Assembly (NCBI GenBank): GCA_963823035.1 | Contig: CAWGKG010000014.1 | Span: 96,001-160,000 of the forward strand | DNA: 64,000 nucleotides | DNA from: an uncultured Gemmatimonadales bacterium | Lineage (GTDB): Bacteria > Gemmatimonadota > Gemmatimonadetes > Longimicrobiales > Gaopeijiaceae | Reading direction: 5' to 3' | In this document: positions 1 through 14,118 of the stretch, piece after piece | How positions within the stretch are numbered: position 1 is the stretch's first letter | How the letters are laid out: each line of letters starts with the position of its first letter | Program-made: the position numbers and the translations under genes | Notes under the pieces: generated by a model | Database searches by the model: none | What the model saw: the letters and a program-made list of their open reading frames with translations, nothing else | Told to the model about the DNA's origin: nothing

Positions 1-308
1 CCGACCAGCCAGCCTGCTCCAGGGACACGACAAAGCGTCTCCGCGTCCCTGGAAAGGCGGCCGGCGAAATGCTCGGTGACGCGTTGCGAGGCGATGCGGG
101 CAGGACCGAGGTCGAGAAGGTCTAATCTGTCCTACGCCGCCTGAAGCACAAGGGCGCCGGGCCCGACGGATCGGCCCGGAGACCGGGTTTCCGCCGCCTT
201 GCGCCCCTCACCCCCAGACGCACCCCGGGGGGTCGCCACCACCGTGACGACTCCCCCGAGGAGAAACATACGGCGCCCGGCATGCGCGCCGCGAGCGAGA
301 CGATCCGG

Positions 309-1448
309 CTACCGCACGGTGATCCGCCCGAGCGCCGTCGCCAGGTTGGGCTCGTCGGGCACGAGCTGGTAGGCCCAGTCGAACACCATCAGGGCGTGGT
401 CGTCCTGGTCGAACCCGAGCGTCACGACCCTGATGACGGCGTAGTGCGTGCGGCCGTCGTCGCCGCGGACCCGGAGCACGTAGCTCGTCTGGGAGGAGAG
501 CCCCACGTCCTGCGTCGTGTAGCCCGACCCCGGAGCGCTGGACACGTCCACGCAGGACCCGTCGGCGGCCACGCCGCACTTCAGCGCCGTGGTCTCGAAG
601 CCCGTCGGGTAGACCTCCGTCCCGGGACCCGGAACCAGCCACCAACCGGAATCGTCGACCTCGAGCCGGAAATGTCGGTCGGAAGCGCTTCCGCTCACGA
701 TGGGATTCGTGTTCTCGTCCGCCTGGAAGCGGAAGCCCGAGACGGCCGGCTGGCCGAAGAAGTCGTACAGCCATTCCCCGTGGTAGTCGGGCCGCGGGGT
801 GCCGGACGCCAGCCCACTCCCCCCGCTCTCGTGGCCCTGGTCGTCCACGGCCGTGACGAAGTAGCTGTACGTCTGACCATTCTGCGCCAGCTGGTCGAGG
901 AATCCCTCGGAATCGGTCTCGCCCAGGAGGTACTCGGTGCCGTCGCCCGCGTCGAAGTACACGCGGTAGAAGGAGAAGTCGGACGCGTCACGCGCGTTGC
1001 CCGACCAGCGCAGGTAGTTGGCGTGATCCAGCGCCACGACCTGGAAGCCCGTCGGGACGGGCGGGGGCGTGGGCTGCGGGACGTCGACCTGCACCGAGTA
1101 GTCGGTGGGCGTCTCCACGCCGGAGTCCGGGTCCACCGCGGACACGTAGTACTCGTAGCTCTGACCGCCGAGGATATTGCGGTCCTCGTACGAGCACACC
1201 CCGCCCGCGCAGCTCGAAACCTCCGCGATCAGGAAGTAGTCGGCGTCCGTCACCCGCTTCGAGTAGACCCGGAACGTCTCCTGATTCCAGTCGGGCGCGA
1301 GCTCCCAGGTCACGCGCACCACGCCGGCGTAGTAGTAGGCATCGAGGTTCCGCGGCGCCGCCGGATCGCCCACGGGCACGAGTACGGTATTGTCGCAGCC
1401 CACGAGGGCAGCAGTCACCAACAGGCTCGCCATCACCGCGCGTCTCAT
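309..1448 (-). CDS. Lipoprotein with fibronectin type III-like repeats
   Basis: ATG at 1448 preceded by a GGAGGG RBS; lipobox LVGC; two FN3-like segments (PAAPRNL...YEYYVSAVD, PTGFQV...YSYFVTAVDDQGHES). Confidence 0.7.
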   Translation of the reverse strand: MRRAVMASLLVTAALVGCDNTVLVPVGDPAAPRNLDAYYYAGVVRVTWELAPDWNQETFRVYSKRVTDADYFLIAEVSSCAGGVCSYEDRNILGGQSYEYYVSAVDPDSGVETPTDYSVQVDVPQPTPPPVPTGFQVVALDHANYLRWSGNARDASDFSFYRVYFDAGDGTEYLLGETDSEGFLDQLAQNGQTYSYFVTAVDDQGHESGGSGLASGTPRPDYHGEWLYDFFGQPAVSGFRFQADENTNPIVSGSASDRHFRLEVDDSGWWLVPGPGTEVYPTGFETTALKCGVAADGSCVDVSSAPGSGYTTQDVGLSSQTSYVLRVRGDDGRTHYAVIRVVTLGFDQDDHALMVFDWAYQLVPDEPNLATALGRITVR

Positions 1449-1662
1449 CTTCCCTCCCGGACCTGGTCGTCGCCGACCCCTCTCGAGGCCCTGGCATGTT
1501 CCCCGTCGGCCCACATCTATGAGCACAGGCCGTACCGTTCCCGTAAGTACATGTCACACAACCAACTACGTCATGTGTCGAAGTGGCTGACCGTCCCCTG
1601 ACGAGGACACCTCGCAGGGTGCGAAGGACACGGGAGCGCGCCCAGCCCCGTGCGCCCGGAGC

Positions 1663-4681
<3,019 letters not shown>

Positions 4682-4685
<4 letters not shown>

Positions 4686-5500
4686 CCGGCCTCGACCGTG
4701 TTCTCCGGAGGCCCGATGCTCGGCTCGATCTCCTCCGTCTCGGCCTCGTGGGCACGACGCCGGCGGACGATGCCGGCCGAGAGGAAGATCGACAGCTCGT
4801 AGAGGAGGAGCAGCGGAATCAGCATCATCACCGTCAGCGTGACCACGTCGCCCGGGGTGATGAAGCTGGCCAGGGCGGTCATCGCGACCGCGTTGTGCCG
4901 GCGCTTCTCGCGCAGGAACTCGGGCGTCACCAGCCCGAGGGCCGTCAGTACCATGATGACCACGGGAAGCTCGAAGACCACGCCGAAGGCCAGGAGCATC
5001 TTCGTGATCATGGCCAGCGTCTTGGTGATCTCGAGCTGGCTCTTCATGGCTTCGCCCTCGAACTTGGCGAAGAACTCGAGCATGCCGGGGAGGGCGAGGA
5101 AATAGCCCATCGCGACGCCGACGACGAAGAGGACGAGCCCCATGTAGAGCGCCGGGACGATCGCGCGCTTCTCGTGCTTCTCCAGCGCCGGGGAGAGGAA
5201 CGACCAGACCTGATAGACCACCACCGGGAAGGCGAGGATCACCCCCATGACCAGCGCCAGCTTCAGCTTGATCATGAAGGGGTCCGCCGGCGACAGGTAG
5301 ATCAGCTGGAAGTTCGGGTCGTTCCGCGCCCGGCGTACGGGAGCGATCAGCAGCTCCAGCACGTTGAAGTAGTAGACGATCGCGAAGGCGACGATCGCCC
5401 CGATCGTGACGGCCAGCAGGGACCAGAAGATGCGCCAGCGCAGCTCCTCGAGGTGGTCGAGGAACGGCATCTCGCCCTTGGGGTTGCGGTGGCGGATCAT
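4682..5500 (-). CDS. tatC: Twin-arginine translocase subunit TatC
   Basis: EMPFLDHLEELRWR N-terminus; FISPAL-like motif; FGVVFELP; ITPGD. Confidence 0.95.
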
Positions 5501-5572
5501 CGACGGTGGGATGGCTCCGTGGAGGTTCGTGCGGAGGCGAGGTGCGGAGAGGCGCGGCGGATCACAGGGAGG

Positions 5573-6070
5573 TCAGAACGGCAGCTCCTCCTGGATGCGG
5601 TCCAGGGCCTCCCGCTCCTGCCTCTCCTTCATCTCGTCGACGAATTCCTGGAACTCACCCGCGTCCTGGAAGTTCCGGTACACGGACGCGTAGCGGACGA
5701 AGGCCACGCGGTCGAGCGCACGGAGCCGCTCCATGACCATCTCGCCCAGCTTCACGCTGGGGACCTCGACGCCCGCGTAGCGCGACAGGGCGTCCTCGAT
5801 CTCGTCGGCCAGGCGGTCCATGGCCGAGGCCGAGACCGGCCTCTTGGCACAGGCGACCCTCACGCTGGCCAGTAGCTTGCCGCGATCGAAGTCCTCGACC
5901 GAGCCCGACCGCTTCAGCACCTGGATCGGGCGCTCCTCGACGTACTCGTAGGTGGTGAATCGCGCCCCGCACACCGTGCATTCCCGCCGGCGACGCACCG
6001 CGCGCCCTCCTCGGCTGGCCCGCGTGTCGACGACGCGGTTGTCGGTCGCGTCGCACTCGGGGCAACGCAT
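5573..6070 (-). CDS. nrdR: Transcriptional repressor NrdR
   Basis: MRCPEC...RRRRECTVCGARFTTYE Zn ribbon, ATP-cone, AFVRYASVY. Confidence 0.97.
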   Translation of the reverse strand: MRCPECDATDNRVVDTRASRGGRAVRRRRECTVCGARFTTYEYVEERPIQVLKRSGSVEDFDRGKLLASVRVACAKRPVSASAMDRLADEIEDALSRYAGVEVPSVKLGEMVMERLRALDRVAFVRYASVYRNFQDAGEFQEFVDEMKERQEREALDRIQEELPF

Positions 6071-6082
6071 GCGTCGGCTGGC

Positions 6083-6877
6083 CTAGCGGCCGATCTCGCG
6101 GAGCTTGTCCGCCGCCAGCGTCGCCGCGTCCGAGTCCGGGTACGTGTTCACGACCCGCTGAAGCGTGGCGCGCGCCTCGGACGTGTTCCCGAGCTCGTTC
6201 TGGATGGTGCCCATCCGGTAGAGCGCGTCAGGCACCTTGGCGGCCGTGGGGAAGAGCTGCGGGATTTCGTTGAAGGCGTCGAGCGCTTCCTGTAGCCGGT
6301 TCTGCTGGTAGAGGATGTCCGCCAGGAAGTAGTGCGCATCGGGCGCCAGGTCCTGGGTCGGGTAGGCCTGCAGAAAGCTCTCGAAGGCCTGCCGCGCCGA
6401 GGTGAGCGAGCCGCGGTTGAACTGATTGACGCCCGCGTCGAACATGGCACGGGGATCGCCGCCCCCCCTGTCGCTTCCGGTCGGCGTGGCACCGGTCTCG
6501 ACACCCGCGTCGCCGGGTGAAGCACCCGTCGAGCCGCGCCGCAGGTTGGCGAACTGGTCGCGCATCCCCGCGATGCCGCGCTGGTTCTCACCCGCGATCG
6601 CTTCCAGGCGCGTCAGGCTCTCGCTCATCGACCGCAGCGTGCTCGACAGGTCGCCGCGGAAGTCGAAGAGCTGGTTCGCCTGCTGGCGCACCGTGTCCTG
6701 GGTGGACCGGGTCTCACGGCGCAACTCGTTCAGAAGCGAGTCCTGGCGCGCGGCCAGGGCTCGCAACTCGACCTGCACGTTGCGCATGTCGCCTTTGGTG
6801 GCGCAACTGGCCACCGCGAGTGCGGCGGCCATCGTCCAGAGGACGCGGGCCGCCGCGTGCCGTTCTCTACGTCTCAT
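6083..6877 (-). CDS. cpoB: Tol-Pal system protein CpoB/YbgF (coiled coil + TPR)
   Basis: Lipobox ASC, coiled coil, TPR ending KVPDALYRMG...YPDSDAA; immediately downstream of pal. Confidence 0.88.
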   Translation of the reverse strand: MRRRERHAAARVLWTMAAALAVASCATKGDMRNVQVELRALAARQDSLLNELRRETRSTQDTVRQQANQLFDFRGDLSSTLRSMSESLTRLEAIAGENQRGIAGMRDQFANLRRGSTGASPGDAGVETGATPTGSDRGGGDPRAMFDAGVNQFNRGSLTSARQAFESFLQAYPTQDLAPDAHYFLADILYQQNRLQEALDAFNEIPQLFPTAAKVPDALYRMGTIQNELGNTSEARATLQRVVNTYPDSDAATLAADKLREIGR

Positions 6878-6941
6878 CGCAGGGACGGTACCCCTCCCGA
6901 CCCGCGAGCGGTCCGGGAGGGGAGACCGACTCGAAGGGTCG

Positions 6942-7535
6942 TCACATGGGCGGGTTGATCGCGTTCGCGCCCGCCGTGATCTGGAATTCCGCTCGCCGGT
7001 TCTGCGCCCAGGCCGATTCGTTGGACTGGTTCACCAGCGGACGCTCCTCACCGAAGGACGTGATGGTGAAGCGGCTGGCGTCCAGTCCGAATCCCGTCAG
7101 GAACTGACGCACGGATTCCGCGCGCCGCTGGCCCAGGGCGAGGTTGTACTCCGTAGAGCCGCGCTCGTCGGCGTGGCCGGCGATCCGGAGCCGCACCTGC
7201 GGGCTGGCCCGCAGCACGTCGACCTTGCTGCGAAGCACCGCCGCCGCGTCCGTGCGGATGTCCGACTGATCGTAGTCGAAGCGCACCATCTCCTCGAGCG
7301 TCGCCCGGGCTGCTGCGACGGCCCGCTCACGGGCGGCCGCCGCCTGAGCGGCGCGCTGCGCTGCGGCGATGGAGTCCGCTCTACGGGCAGCCGCGATCGA
7401 GTCCGCGCGACGAACGGCCGCGAGCGAATCCATGTTCGGGCCGGCCGGGGCTGGCGGAGGCGGCGGCTCCTTCTTGCAGGCCGCGACGACCAGCGTGGCG
7501 GCCAGGATGGGGGCGACGAAACGGCGGAGGATCAT
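6942..7535 (-). CDS. pal: Peptidoglycan-associated lipoprotein Pal
   Basis: Lipobox AAC; OmpA domain GHADERGSTEYNLALGQRRA...NRRAEF. Confidence 0.95.
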   Translation of the reverse strand: MILRRFVAPILAATLVVAACKKEPPPPPAPAGPNMDSLAAVRRADSIAAARRADSIAAAQRAAQAAAARERAVAAARATLEEMVRFDYDQSDIRTDAAAVLRSKVDVLRASPQVRLRIAGHADERGSTEYNLALGQRRAESVRQFLTGFGLDASRFTITSFGEERPLVNQSNESAWAQNRRAEFQITAGANAINPPM

Positions 7536-7721
7536 CCGTAGTACTCCGGGTTGAGCATCTCACGTGGCGAAGCGGCGTCGGTCGACGTCGCGCGGTGCGA
7601 CGCACAGAAGCTAACGCGCTTTCGTGTAGGGGAAAGACCCAAGACCCCTGGCATATACGTCAAAAGTGCTTCTGGCGCAACGTCGGACCGCGGGCCGCCG
7701 GGGCCAGCCACGGCCTTCGGG

Positions 7722-9101
7722 TCAGCCTCCCGACCCGAGCGCCGGAGACCACGCGGGCACGCCGACTCGCCGGCTGCCCAGGAGGGTCCGGAGGTTGCCG
7801 GTCGCCACGTCCACCACCATCAGACCCGTCCCCCAGCTCCGCTCCCCGACGAAGACCAGGTGCCGCCCGTCCGGCCCCCAGCTCGGATCCTCGTTGTTGC
7901 CCACCCACGTGAGCTGGCGGATCCGTCGGCCCCGGTCCTTGAGGTCGGCCACCAGGATGTGGTAGGTGCCCCGCCGCACGGCGCCGTGGAACGCCACCAG
8001 GTCGTTGGTGGGCGACCAGTCCGGTGCCGAGTAGTAGCCGCCCCGCCCGTACTGGTACGGGGAGATGGTCTCCGGATCGCCGCCCTCGGCCGGCATCACC
8101 ATGATCTGCGGGACGTTCGTGCCGAAGCGGTTCGTGTTGAACGCCATGCGCCGGCCGTCCGGCGAATAGGTCGGCGACAGGTCGTCGTAGCCCGGCCCGC
8201 CCGACAGGTGGGTCAGGCAGCATTCGCGGTCGAGGTTGTACGTGAAGAGCCCCGAGCGCGTCCCGCCGCTCACCGAGAAGGCGATCGTCTGGCCGTCGCG
8301 CGCGAAGGTGGGCGTGATGTAGATCCCGTCCCGCGGCGCCGGCATCTCCTTCTCCTGGCCGTTGGCGAGGTCGACCTCGTAGATGCGCCAGTCGTCGTCG
8401 TTCTTGTCCGAGGAGTAGGCGATCTTGGAGCCGTCCGGGCTCCACGCCGGCGACATGCTCAGCGAGTGGTTGTTCGTGAGGCGGCGCAGGTTCTCCCCAT
8501 CCGAGTCGATGAGGTAGATCTCCTTGTCCCCGTCGGAGGTCACCATGTTGAAGGCGATCCGGCTCGCCGCCATCCCCAGCTCACCCGTAGCCCACTGGAC
8601 GATCTGGTCGGACGCCTGGTGCACGGCCATCCGGAAGCCCTCGCTGGCCGGGTCGGGTAGGCGGAACCGACCGCGCTCCTTCACCTCTCCGTACACCACG
8701 TCGTGGAGCTCGAGGAGGAGCACGTACCCCTCGCCCGCGCCCTCCACCTGGCCCGACACGAGCCAGACGGCGCCGAGCTGGTCCCAGAGCGCGTAGTCCA
8801 CCGCGTCACCCAGGAGCGAGGCGGGAAGCGAGTCCATCACCTGGAAGCGGTCGGAGTTGTGCAGGTCGCGGCCCACGATCGCCTCGACCTGCGGCGCCAC
8901 ACCGCCGCCCCCGAAGCGACCCGTGAACGGCTTCAGGGCGAGCGCCGGGGAGTAGGCCGACTCGTAGACGAGCCCGAGCGTCACCCCCGGGATGGAGTCC
9001 CGGACCTGCGCCAGCGCCGGGAGCGCGCCCGCCGCCAGCGTCGCCACGGCCAGGACGGCCCCGCGCGCTCCCCGACCCGTTCTCCGCCTGATCATCCTCA
9101 T
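7722..9101 (-). CDS. tolB: TolB beta-propeller protein
   Basis: ATG 9101 overlaps the tolA stop; PD40 repeats (SPAWSPDG, SPTYSPDG, PSWGPDG). Confidence 0.9.
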   Translation of the reverse strand: MRMIRRRTGRGARGAVLAVATLAAGALPALAQVRDSIPGVTLGLVYESAYSPALALKPFTGRFGGGGVAPQVEAIVGRDLHNSDRFQVMDSLPASLLGDAVDYALWDQLGAVWLVSGQVEGAGEGYVLLLELHDVVYGEVKERGRFRLPDPASEGFRMAVHQASDQIVQWATGELGMAASRIAFNMVTSDGDKEIYLIDSDGENLRRLTNNHSLSMSPAWSPDGSKIAYSSDKNDDDWRIYEVDLANGQEKEMPAPRDGIYITPTFARDGQTIAFSVSGGTRSGLFTYNLDRECCLTHLSGGPGYDDLSPTYSPDGRRMAFNTNRFGTNVPQIMVMPAEGGDPETISPYQYGRGGYYSAPDWSPTNDLVAFHGAVRRGTYHILVADLKDRGRRIRQLTWVGNNEDPSWGPDGRHLVFVGERSWGTGLMVVDVATGNLRTLLGSRRVGVPAWSPALGSGG

Positions 9102-9865
9102 CGATTCGTCGCCGCCTGGTCGGTCGAAGGTGCGCCCTGCGGCGGCGTGCCGCCGCCGCCACTGGGCGTGAACTTGAACTGGATCGGAAGCTGCTCCCAC
9201 GGGAGGTCTTCGGGAAGCGCCCCCAGGCGTCCCTTTCCTGCGCACTCCACCGCGCCCAGCGCCTCGAAGTCGAACTGCGCGTTGCCGGACTTGTCCACGA
9301 AGTCGAGCCCCGTCACCGTGCCGTCCCGTCGGATCACGAAGTACACGGTCGTCGCCCAGGTCCCGCCGGCCGTCCAGCGGAAGCAGCGGCGGATCTGGCG
9401 GATGATGTTGTCGTAGTACGCCGGATAGTCGCGCTTCAGCCCCTCCATGCGGACGTTGATGTCCTCCCCGCTCTCCTTCGCGTTCTCCGCGGGCTTCGCG
9501 GTCGCGGCGGCCGGCTTCTTCACCTCCGCTTCCTTCGGCGGATCCTTGCGCGGCGGCTGTTCCGGCTTGGGTTGGGGATCGGGCGGCTTCAGCCTCGGCT
9601 TCTCCTCCACCACCGGAGCCGGCTTCTCCTCCTTCGGCTCCGGTGGCTTGGGATTGGGCCGCTCGATGACGAGCTCTTCCTTCGCCGGCTGGGGCTCGGG
9701 GGCCTGGACGGCGGGCGGGGGCGACACCAGATCGACCTGGTAGGTCACGAACTCGAGGGGCGGACGCGCCTGCAACGAATTCCAGAGCGTGAGCAGGAGC
9801 ACCAGCACATGCACGGCGATGGCGCCGAGCAGGGACCTGCCGTCGAAGCTCCCGCGTCGCTTCAT
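9098..9865 (-). CDS. tolA: TolA/TonB-family energy transducer (Pro/Lys-rich linker, TonB C-terminal domain)
   Basis: N-terminal TM with His, PEPK-rich linker, SGNAQFDFEAL; between tolR and tolB. Confidence 0.75.
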   Translation of the reverse strand: MKRRGSFDGRSLLGAIAVHVLVLLLTLWNSLQARPPLEFVTYQVDLVSPPPAVQAPEPQPAKEELVIERPNPKPPEPKEEKPAPVVEEKPRLKPPDPQPKPEQPPRKDPPKEAEVKKPAAATAKPAENAKESGEDINVRMEGLKRDYPAYYDNIIRQIRRCFRWTAGGTWATTVYFVIRRDGTVTGLDFVDKSGNAQFDFEALGAVECAGKGRLGALPEDLPWEQLPIQFKFTPSGGGGTPPQGAPSTDQAATNR

Positions 9866-9871
9866 GGCCCG

Positions 9872-10291
9872 TTACCGCCCTCCGGCGTACGGCTCGCCCA
9901 CCAGCGACCACTTCACGCCGCTGCGCGCGAGGGTGGCGACCACCTTGAGGACCGGACCGTACATGGCGAGTGAGTCGGCCCGCAGGTACACGTGCTCCAG
10001 GTTGCCCGCCGTGGCGAGCTGGCCGAAGCTCTGCTCGAACTCCTGAACGGTGGTCGGGTTGTTCTCGATGAAGACCTGACCCGCGCTGTTCACGGTCACG
10101 TAGAAGGGCTTGTCCCGCGCCGTGAGCGGCTGGACGTCCGCCTTCGGCACCGCGACCTCGATCCCGCCCTGCAGGATCGGGGCCGTGATGATGAAGATCA
10201 CGAGCAGCGTGAACGCCACGTCCACGAGGCTCGTGACGTTGATATCGGCGTTGAGCGGGAGGTCACCCCGTCGGCGCGTACGACCGTTCAT
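9872..10291 (-). CDS. tolR: TolR/ExbD
   Basis: INVTSLVDVAFTLLVIFIITAP motif. Confidence 0.9.
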   Translation of the reverse strand: MNGRTRRRGDLPLNADINVTSLVDVAFTLLVIFIITAPILQGGIEVAVPKADVQPLTARDKPFYVTVNSAGQVFIENNPTTVQEFEQSFGQLATAGNLEHVYLRADSLAMYGPVLKVVATLARSGVKWSLVGEPYAGGR

Positions 10292-10298
10292 GACGTCT

Positions 10299-11024
10299 TC
10301 ATACGCGCCCTTCGCGGGCGAGGGTCCCGATGAACTCGGCGCTGAAGCCCTCCAGCTCGCCCGTCACCAGGTTGAGCTGGCCCACGAAGTGGTTGTAGCC
10401 GATCACGGCCGGGATCGCGACGAAGAGGCCCGCCACGGTCGTCACGAGCGCCTCGGCCACGCCCGGCGCCACCGCGCCGATGTTCGTGGAGCCGGCGGCC
10501 GTGATGCCCAGGAAGGCGTCCATGATCCCGATCACGGTGCCCAGGAGGCCCATGAGCGGGGATACGGAGCCGATGACCGCCAGCCAGGTGAGGCCGCGCG
10601 CCAACTCGTCGCGCTCCTCGGACTCCTCCTTCTCCAGCACCATGCGCAGCGCCTCGAGCTGCGTGGGCGACAACCCCTGGGTCGGCTGCGCCCCCTGGCG
10701 CAGCGCTCCGGGGCGGAGCTCGCTGAAGAAGTTCACCCCCTGGCGGAAGACGCGCCCGTAGGGCGACTCCGGGAGCGCCAGGATCGCCTTGTAGGCATCC
10801 TCGAGGCGCTGGGCCCGCTCCATCTGCTCGAGGAAGCGGTCACCCTGGCGGCGCACGTGGCGGAACTGTCGCCACTTGTGGAAGATCAGCCACCACGAGG
10901 TGAGCGAGAAGATCGCCAGGAACGTCAGGACGATCTTCGTGGACAGGGAGCCGCCGAGGATCATGTCGAGGGCGGTCTCGGGCGATCGCGCCTGCACCAG
11001 GAACGCGAGGGACGCCAGCGTCAT
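10299..11024 (-). CDS. tolQ: TolQ/ExbB proton channel
   Basis: SPLMGLLGTVIGI...VAPGVAEALVTTVAGLFVAIPA. Confidence 0.9.
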   Translation of the reverse strand: MTLASLAFLVQARSPETALDMILGGSLSTKIVLTFLAIFSLTSWWLIFHKWRQFRHVRRQGDRFLEQMERAQRLEDAYKAILALPESPYGRVFRQGVNFFSELRPGALRQGAQPTQGLSPTQLEALRMVLEKEESEERDELARGLTWLAVIGSVSPLMGLLGTVIGIMDAFLGITAAGSTNIGAVAPGVAEALVTTVAGLFVAIPAVIGYNHFVGQLNLVTGELEGFSAEFIGTLAREGRV

Positions 11025-11990
11025 TCGGGATGAACTCCCCTCTTGGCTTCGATGTGCTCGTACGTCTGGCGGAGCCCCTCTGAAAGCGTGTGGCCGGGGC
11101 TCCACCCGACCGATCGGATCCTCGACGGGTCGAGGGTGCTCTTCAGGAGCTCGCCCGGCCGCGCCGGACGATACTCCCGTCCTGGATGGCGATCCACGGC
11201 GTGCTCCAGCGTGTCCGCCAGCTGGTTGACGCTCGTGCCAACGCCGGTGCCCACGTTGAATGCGAAGGCGTCCAGCCCGCGGTCGTCCGACAACTCCAGG
11301 TCCGAGACCCTCATGTTCGCCGAGACCACGTCCTTGACGAAGACGTAGTCCCGGGTCTGCTCACCGTCGCCGAAGATCGTGAGGGGTTCGTCGTCCAGGA
11401 GCCGGCTACAGAAGATCGCTACTACACCCGCCTCCCCATGGGGATCCTGGCGCGGGCCGAACACGTTCGAGTAGCGGAGCGCGACGTATTCGAGCCCCCG
11501 GACCTTGCTGTAGTAGTGCAGGTAGTACTCGCCCGCGAGCTTCGTCACCCCGTAGGGCGAGAGGGGGAGCTTGGGCGCGCTCTCGGGGGTCGGGATCTCC
11601 TCCGGCTCTCCGTAGACCACGCCGCCGCTGCTCACGAAGACCACGCGGCGCGTCCCGACCTCGAGCGCCCCCTCGGCCACGTTCAGGAGGCCGAGGACGT
11701 TGATCCGGGCATCGCGCGCGGGGTCCGACACGGAGATGCGCACGTCGATCTGCGCGGCGTGGTGGTTCACCAGGTCGAAGCGCACCTCGCGGAAGAGGTT
11801 GCGCAGATCGGGATCGCCCACGTCCATCTCCACGAACGTCGCCCCCTCCGGGCACGTTCTCCCGCTTCCCCGACGAGAGGTCGTCGACCACCCAGACGTC
11901 GTCGCCTGCCGCCAGATACGCCTCGGCGACGTGGCTGGCGATGAACCCCGCACCGCCGGTCACGAGGACCCTACGCTTATCGTTTTTCAT
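11021..11990 (-). CDS. NAD-dependent epimerase (UDP-glucose 4-epimerase-like); apparent frameshift near 11850
   Basis: [12 protein letters not shown] in ORF 11406..11990 continues into HHAAQIDV...YGVTK...GPRQDPHGEAGV in ORF 11021..11953. Confidence 0.85.
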
Positions 11991-12011
11991 GGATTCTTGT
12001 CGAAAGTTGAA

Positions 12012-12050
12012 CGTCCCCCGCCGGTCCGGATGAGGGACCGGCGGGGGACG
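12012..12050 (-). terminator. Perfect 16-bp GC-rich hairpin (terminator or mRNA stabiliser) after the LysM gene
   Basis: cgtcccccgccggtcc-N7-ggaccggcgggggacg; weak U-rich tail on the - strand. Confidence 0.6.
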
Positions 12051-12104
12051 CTAACACGCTTCCCCGTCGAGAGCGAGGCGGACCGCCCCGGCCTCGGTGG
12101 ATCG

Positions 12105-13200
12105 TTACCGCATCTTCCGCGCCAGACGGACCACGATGCCCTGGTGGAACACCGCGTCGTCCATCGAGACGATGCGCGCGGCGGCGATACCGGACGTGAT
12201 CCCGACGACCTGGAGCCGGCCCTCGACCACGCCGCTGCCCGCCGCGGGATTGAGGTACTCGTACTCGTCGCCGATGCTCACGCCGTCGGCGGCGCCCTGG
12301 TCGAGGAAGGCGATGCCGCCCACGTCCTGGAGGACGTTCAGGCCGGCGAAGCCCATGACCATCGCCTCGCCGCCGCCGGAGACGGCCTGGGGCCGCTCCA
12401 TCGTGGGATCGTACTGCGGAAGCGGGCGGACGTAAGTCACCCAGCGTCATCCGGTCCAGCTCCCGGCTGACCACGGCCGCGGCCTCGTTGCCGTCCACCT
12501 CGCTGATCGTGATCACGCCGGTGGGGAGCATCACCTGCCCGACCTTCTCGATGATCTTGTCGGGCCGGAACACCTGCAGCTGCGTGCCCGCGGGGGGCGG
12601 CGTTCCCTCGAACGCGATGCGGACGCGGTCGTAGGTGCGCGCCGTCTCCGAGTTCGAGGCGCCGCCCGCGAAGCGGTCGACCGTCCCGAGGTACTCGGGC
12701 TCCTCACCGACGCGCACGAGCCAAGGAGCGGCGAGGACCATCAGGGGCGACACCGTCCACGCCTCCGCGGACCGGCCCTCCATCATGGAGGTGGTCACCC
12801 TCGCGGAGTCGCGGTGGAAGATCGTCCGCTGGCTGGCCATCGACCCCTGCGCCGGCGGCCTCTGGGGCTGCTGGCGCGGCGTCGTGGGCTGCGGCGCCTG
12901 GGTGGGCTGCGCCTCGGTCGGCTGCACCTGGGCCGCCGCCGGTTCCACGGTGACGCCCGACACCTCGGCCTCCCGCCCCGGAAGGGCGAAGACCTGATCC
13001 GGATAGATGAGGTTGGGATCGTTGATCTTGTCCCGGTTGGCTTCCCAGATGCGGCGCCACTGGAACGGATCGTTGTAGTAGTGCTCGGCCAGGTCCCAGA
13101 GCGTGTCACCGCGCACGACCGTGTGCGTGGCGACCTGCTGCATGGCGACGAAACCGGACAGAATCAGGACAGCGAGCAAAGCCGAGGCCGATCGGACCAT
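12105..13200 (-). CDS. LysM peptidoglycan-binding protein; apparent frameshift near 12435
   Basis: Signal peptide; HTVVRGDTLWDLA...NPNLIYP-type LysM; C-terminus continues in ORF 12105..12440. Confidence 0.8.
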
Positions 13201-13375
13201 TGGGAGCACCTTCGGCAGGAAGTACGCGCATTTCCAAGCACAGGACACTGTTCGAAGATAGGAAGCGCCGACTTGCGGGGTCAACGCGTTTTTTCCATTT
13301 GGATTCAAATGTTTATCGCCGGCCGCCGTGCGGCGGGCGTGCGGCGACCGGGAGAACGCCGGTGCGGCGGGCCCA

Positions 13376-14055
13376 TCAGTCCGCGGCCGATCGCCAGCGC
13401 CCGTCGCCCACGACCACGTGGTCGAGCACGGGGATGCCGAGCGCGCGCCCCGCCTCGGCGAGTTGGCGGGTGACGGCGCGGTCCTCCGCCGACGGCGTCG
13501 GGTCGCCGGAGGGGTGGTTGTGCACGAGGATGACGCCGGCCGCCCCCTCGACCACGGCCACGCGGAACACCTCGCGCGGGTGGATCAGCGAGGCGTCGAG
13601 GATGCCGCGCGTCACGGCGACCTCGCGGATGACGCAGTGCCGGGTGTTGAGCAGGAGGGCGTGGAACTCCTCCTGGGCGAGGTCGCGCAGCCGGGGACCC
13701 ATGCGCCGGAAGACGTCCGCCGGCCCGCGGACCGGGTCTTCCTGGAGGGTGGTCTCGGTCGCGGCGCGCCGGCCCAGCTCGAGGGCGGCGAGCACGCGGG
13801 CCGCCGTGGCCCGCCCGACCCCGGTGACCGCCTCCAGCGCGCGGGGGTCCGTGACGCCCAGGCGACGGAGCGACCCGCCGGCCTCGCGCGAGGAGGCGCT
13901 CGGCGACCTGGAGGGCGGTCGCGCCCCCGCTGCCGCGTCCCGATCAGGAGGGCGAGGAGCTCGCGCAGCGAGAGGTGGCGGGCGCCGACGGAGCGGAGGC
14001 GCTCGCGCGGGCGGTCGGCCACGGAGGGATCGGGAACGTCGGACGGGGTCGGCAC
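13376..14055 (-). CDS. radC: RadC/JAB-domain protein; apparent frameshifts near 13890-13940
   Basis: DRPRERL...LSLRELLALLIGT N-terminus; HPREVF...VHNHPSGDPTPSAED...VLDHVVVG. Confidence 0.9.
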
Positions 14056-14118
14056 CCGCCACGATCGCGGGCCCGGAGGGGCGCGGGGATGGTCGTGCGG
14101 GACGTCCTCCGCCCGAAC

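Noticed and set aside
1..300. Hairpins at the window start as a possible ncRNA
   Set aside because: GC-rich stems only (e.g. ccagggacacg/cgcgtccctgg); no family signature recognised
1542..1570. cgtaagt...actacg imperfect palindrome as a recombinase or dif-like site
   Set aside because: Single degenerate instance and no recombinase nearby
13376..14055. radC as a mobile-element or anti-defence marker
   Set aside because: Full-length chromosomal type with N-terminal HhH region, in a housekeeping operon
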